This document shows positions 61,528 through 64,000 of a stretch of DNA of 64,000 nt, piece after piece. The DNA lies in the NCBI GenBank assembly GCA_024679065.1, contig JAGIQG010000001.1, positions 156,488,001 through 156,552,000 of the forward strand, given 5' to 3'. A model generated the notes under the pieces. The model searched no databases and had not been told where the DNA came from. It saw nothing but the letters and a program-made list of their open reading frames with translations. This DNA is from Sphyrna mokarran (taxonomy: Eukaryota). Position 1 is the stretch's first letter, and the number at the start of each line of letters is the position of its first letter. The translations under genes were made by a program, and so were the position numbers.

Positions 61528-61770
61528 GGAGCCCATTTAGCTCAGTTGGCTTGCCAACTGGCTAGTGATACAGAGTTATACCAACTTTATGGGTTCAATT
61601 CCTGTACTGGCTGAGGGTATGAAGCCTGGCCCTCTGAACAATTCCCCTTGCCTGAGGTATGGTGCTTCTCATGTTAAGTTACCACCAGTGTTGGTTAGGT
61701 ACATTGTCCATGCTCTCCTCTTCAGAATAGAAAGCAGCCTATGGTCATCTGGGACCACAGTGACCTTTTT
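61528..61770 (+). mobile_element. Third tRNA-headed SINE family
   Basis: tagctcagttgg..gggttcaattcc head. The 3' end gcagcctatggtcatctgggacc also occurs inverted at ~4630-4700. Confidence 0.65.
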
Positions 61771-62367
61771 ACTACCAAAATTAGTATCTAAAACAGAGAC
61801 CTGTTAAGAACATTCTAGATAAGTGGTCGAAGGAAAGGAGGAATAAATTAGGATGATTTATTGTCTTTAAGCTCAAATTGACTGCTTCTTATGGCCGATG
61901 CAATCTATAGATGCACATTGACAGAATCTATAAAACACTTTCCATTATCAGTTTAAGCTGGATTTGAGCCATTATTCAAAAACATTGACGGCTTCTCCAC
62001 ACTCCTTCCTTCAAGTTTGCGTATGAAATATTAAAATGTTGGATACAGATGAGACGAAATGAAAAAAAGGAAACTTGTAAAAAATGGTTTAGTGAATAGA
62101 AAGGGTTAGAAAGCTTGTATATGGAAGAAATTGTTGATCATTGCACTAAATACACAATGATCTATTGGGGCAGATTTAAAAGTCAGTGAGACAGCAAGGG
62201 AGAACTGGAACAATTCCTTCCAATGCCATAAGAGTCAGCAGAAAACAAGAGAGTGAGTTAAAACCCAAAGGAGCTGTTTGGTATTGTATAGGAGAAAGAA
62301 TATTATCTGATAAGCATACAATTAGGGCTGGGATGCCCACATCCAAGGACAAATAGAAACAAAAAAT

Positions 62368-62674
62368 AGGACGGCATGATGACACAGTGGTTAGCACTGT
62401 CGCCTCATAATGCTGGGTCCTAAGTTTAATTCTGGCCTCGATCACTGCCCACATAGAGTTTGCACATTCTCCCCATGTCTGTGTAGGTTTCCTCTGAGTT
62501 CTCTAGCTTCCTCCCACAGTCCAAAATTGTGCGGGTTAAATTGATAGGCCATGTTGGTCAGGGGGATTAGCAGGGTAAATGTGAGGATTACAGGAATACA
62601 GCCTGGGTGAGATTGAGGTTGGTACAGAGTCGATGGAGCAAATGGCTTTCTTCTGTACTGTAGGGATTCTATGA
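62368..62674 (+). mobile_element. HE1/V-SINE-like SINE, full length, tail A
   Basis: acacagtggttagcactgtcgcctca..ctgtactgtagggattctatga. Confidence 0.85.
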
Positions 62675-62832
62675 AGTACTAACCTATTCCTGGAAGGCTT
62701 TTAATAAAACAATGACATTATGCTATCCAACATTAAACACATGCTTTGTGTCATATGTCTGCTTCAAGATTTTGATGAATATGAAGCAGAGATTCCATCA
62801 GGATTAAAATTTTGACTTTGGACAATCACAAG

Positions 62833-63120
62833 ACCATAAGATATAGGAGCAGAATTAGGCCACTCGAATCTGCTTCGCTATTCAATCAATACCAATATTT
62901 TTCTCATCCCCATTCTCCTGCCTTTTCCCATAACCCCTGATCCCCTTAAAAATCAAGAACCTATTATTCTCTGTTTTAAAGATACTCAATGACCTGGCCT
63001 CCACAGCCTTCTGTGACAAAGAGTTCTGCAGATTCACCACTCTCTGGCTGAAGAAGTTCCTCCTCATCTCTGTTTTAAAGGATCTTCCCTTTAGCCTGAG
63101 GTTGTGCCGTCTGGTTCTAG
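62833..63120 (-). mobile_element. CR1 LINE 3' end
   Basis: ORF 62882 reads TRRHNLRLKGRSFKTEMRRNFFSQRVVNL.NSL.QKAVEA.SL.IFK.E..RFL..KGIRGYG. Confidence 0.88.
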
Positions 63121-63589
63121 TGAACAAACAAAACAATAAAATCAAGAAAAGTAATCAATAACTGGGTGAGCTAATATTGGGCACATTACATTCTTGTCAA
63201 ATGTTGAACGAACTCCAATGAATTGAAAACCCAATATATTGCTTGGATGAATAAACCATATTCCAGCAAAGCACTGAGGGTAATCTGAACAAGTAGGATG
63301 CTGGGGTCGGTTAACAGACTGAAAGCAGACAATTGTTGTTCCAATATTTAAGAAGCTGGCAACGTTCATGCTTGGCAATTTTACATCCATTAGCCTGATA
63401 TCTATAATCAGAAAACAAATTAAATCAATAATCAGGAACAAATGGAAGTGTACTTGTATGAAAATTATCAAATAAATGCCAGCCAATATGGCTCCCAAAG
63501 GGATTGAGCTGCAATAACCCTCCCAAATATTTTCGTTAATAGCGAAAGACATATGCATCTCTCTCTGAGGGGCAATTTGATGTGGCCAA

Positions 63590-63735
63590 GTCACTTAATC
63601 TGCATGTCTTTGGAGTGTGGGAGCACTTGGTGCAAACCAAAACAGACACTGGGAGAATGTGCAAACTCCACCCAAACTAGAGTTGAACCTGCATCCCTGG
63701 TGCTGTGAGGCAGCAGTGCTATCCACTGTGCCACA
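63590..63735 (-). mobile_element. SINE 5' half
   Basis: ctggtgctgtgaggcagcagtgctatccactgtgccac. Confidence 0.75.
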
Positions 63736-63821
63736 ACAAGACGTGCGTATAGGTTAAGGGAGATAAAGCAGAGGATAGTTGCAACTGCAGTTGGTGAGCA
63801 AGGCATTATGGTGTTGTGATG

Positions 63822-64000
63822 TTAGAATCATAGAATCTCTATAGTGCAGAAGGAGAGCCTGCACTGACACTAATCCCTCCCAGGCCTTATCCCTGTAACC
63901 CTACATATTTACCCTCCTAATCATCCTGACGCTAAGGGACAATTTAGCATGGCCAAATCAACCTGAATCGCACAACTTTGGACTGTGCGAGGAAACCGGA
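63822..64000 (-). mobile_element. SINE 3' half (tail A), runs off the window
   Basis: tagaatcatagaatctctatagtgcagaagg..ggactgtgcgaggaaaccgga. Confidence 0.8.

Noticed and set aside
61528-61610. tRNA gene (A/B-box-like motifs; also other SINE heads)
   Set aside because: It does not form a cloverleaf and continues into a SINE body that recurs elsewhere in the window.

Overview
This is vertebrate genomic DNA, most likely a shark or other elasmobranch, judging by the HE1/V-SINE-like SINEs, CR1, L2, Penelope and Harbinger relics. The only protein-coding gene is the delta-2 protocadherin pcdh10 on the + strand. Coding exon 1 is 20935-23409 (signal peptide, 6 cadherin repeats, TM), followed by exon 2 (24123-24181), exon 3 (24322-24428, CM1) and exon 4 (44521-44820, CM2 and WIRS). 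All four splice in frame through GT-AG junctions and give 980 codons. The short terminal exon was not confidently found and probably lies beyond the window. The rest is intergenic or intronic DNA rich in decayed transposons. Most notable observations: (1) a candidate cryptic exon in intron 3 (from 34748) that stops the protein after CM1 under each of the three 3' endings I tested; (2) a chained uORF array in the 5' leader; (3) a CTCF/CGCT-box-like site in a triple-CCAAT promoter; (4) Penelope-derived fold-back elements carrying minimal hammerhead ribozyme cores; (5) a 175-bp filler inside a SINE that is an inverted copy of sequence 1 kb away; (6) extreme GC3 in exon 1. No prokaryotic-type system (CRISPR etc.) is present. 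Repeat boundaries are approximate and family names come from pattern recognition, not database searches.
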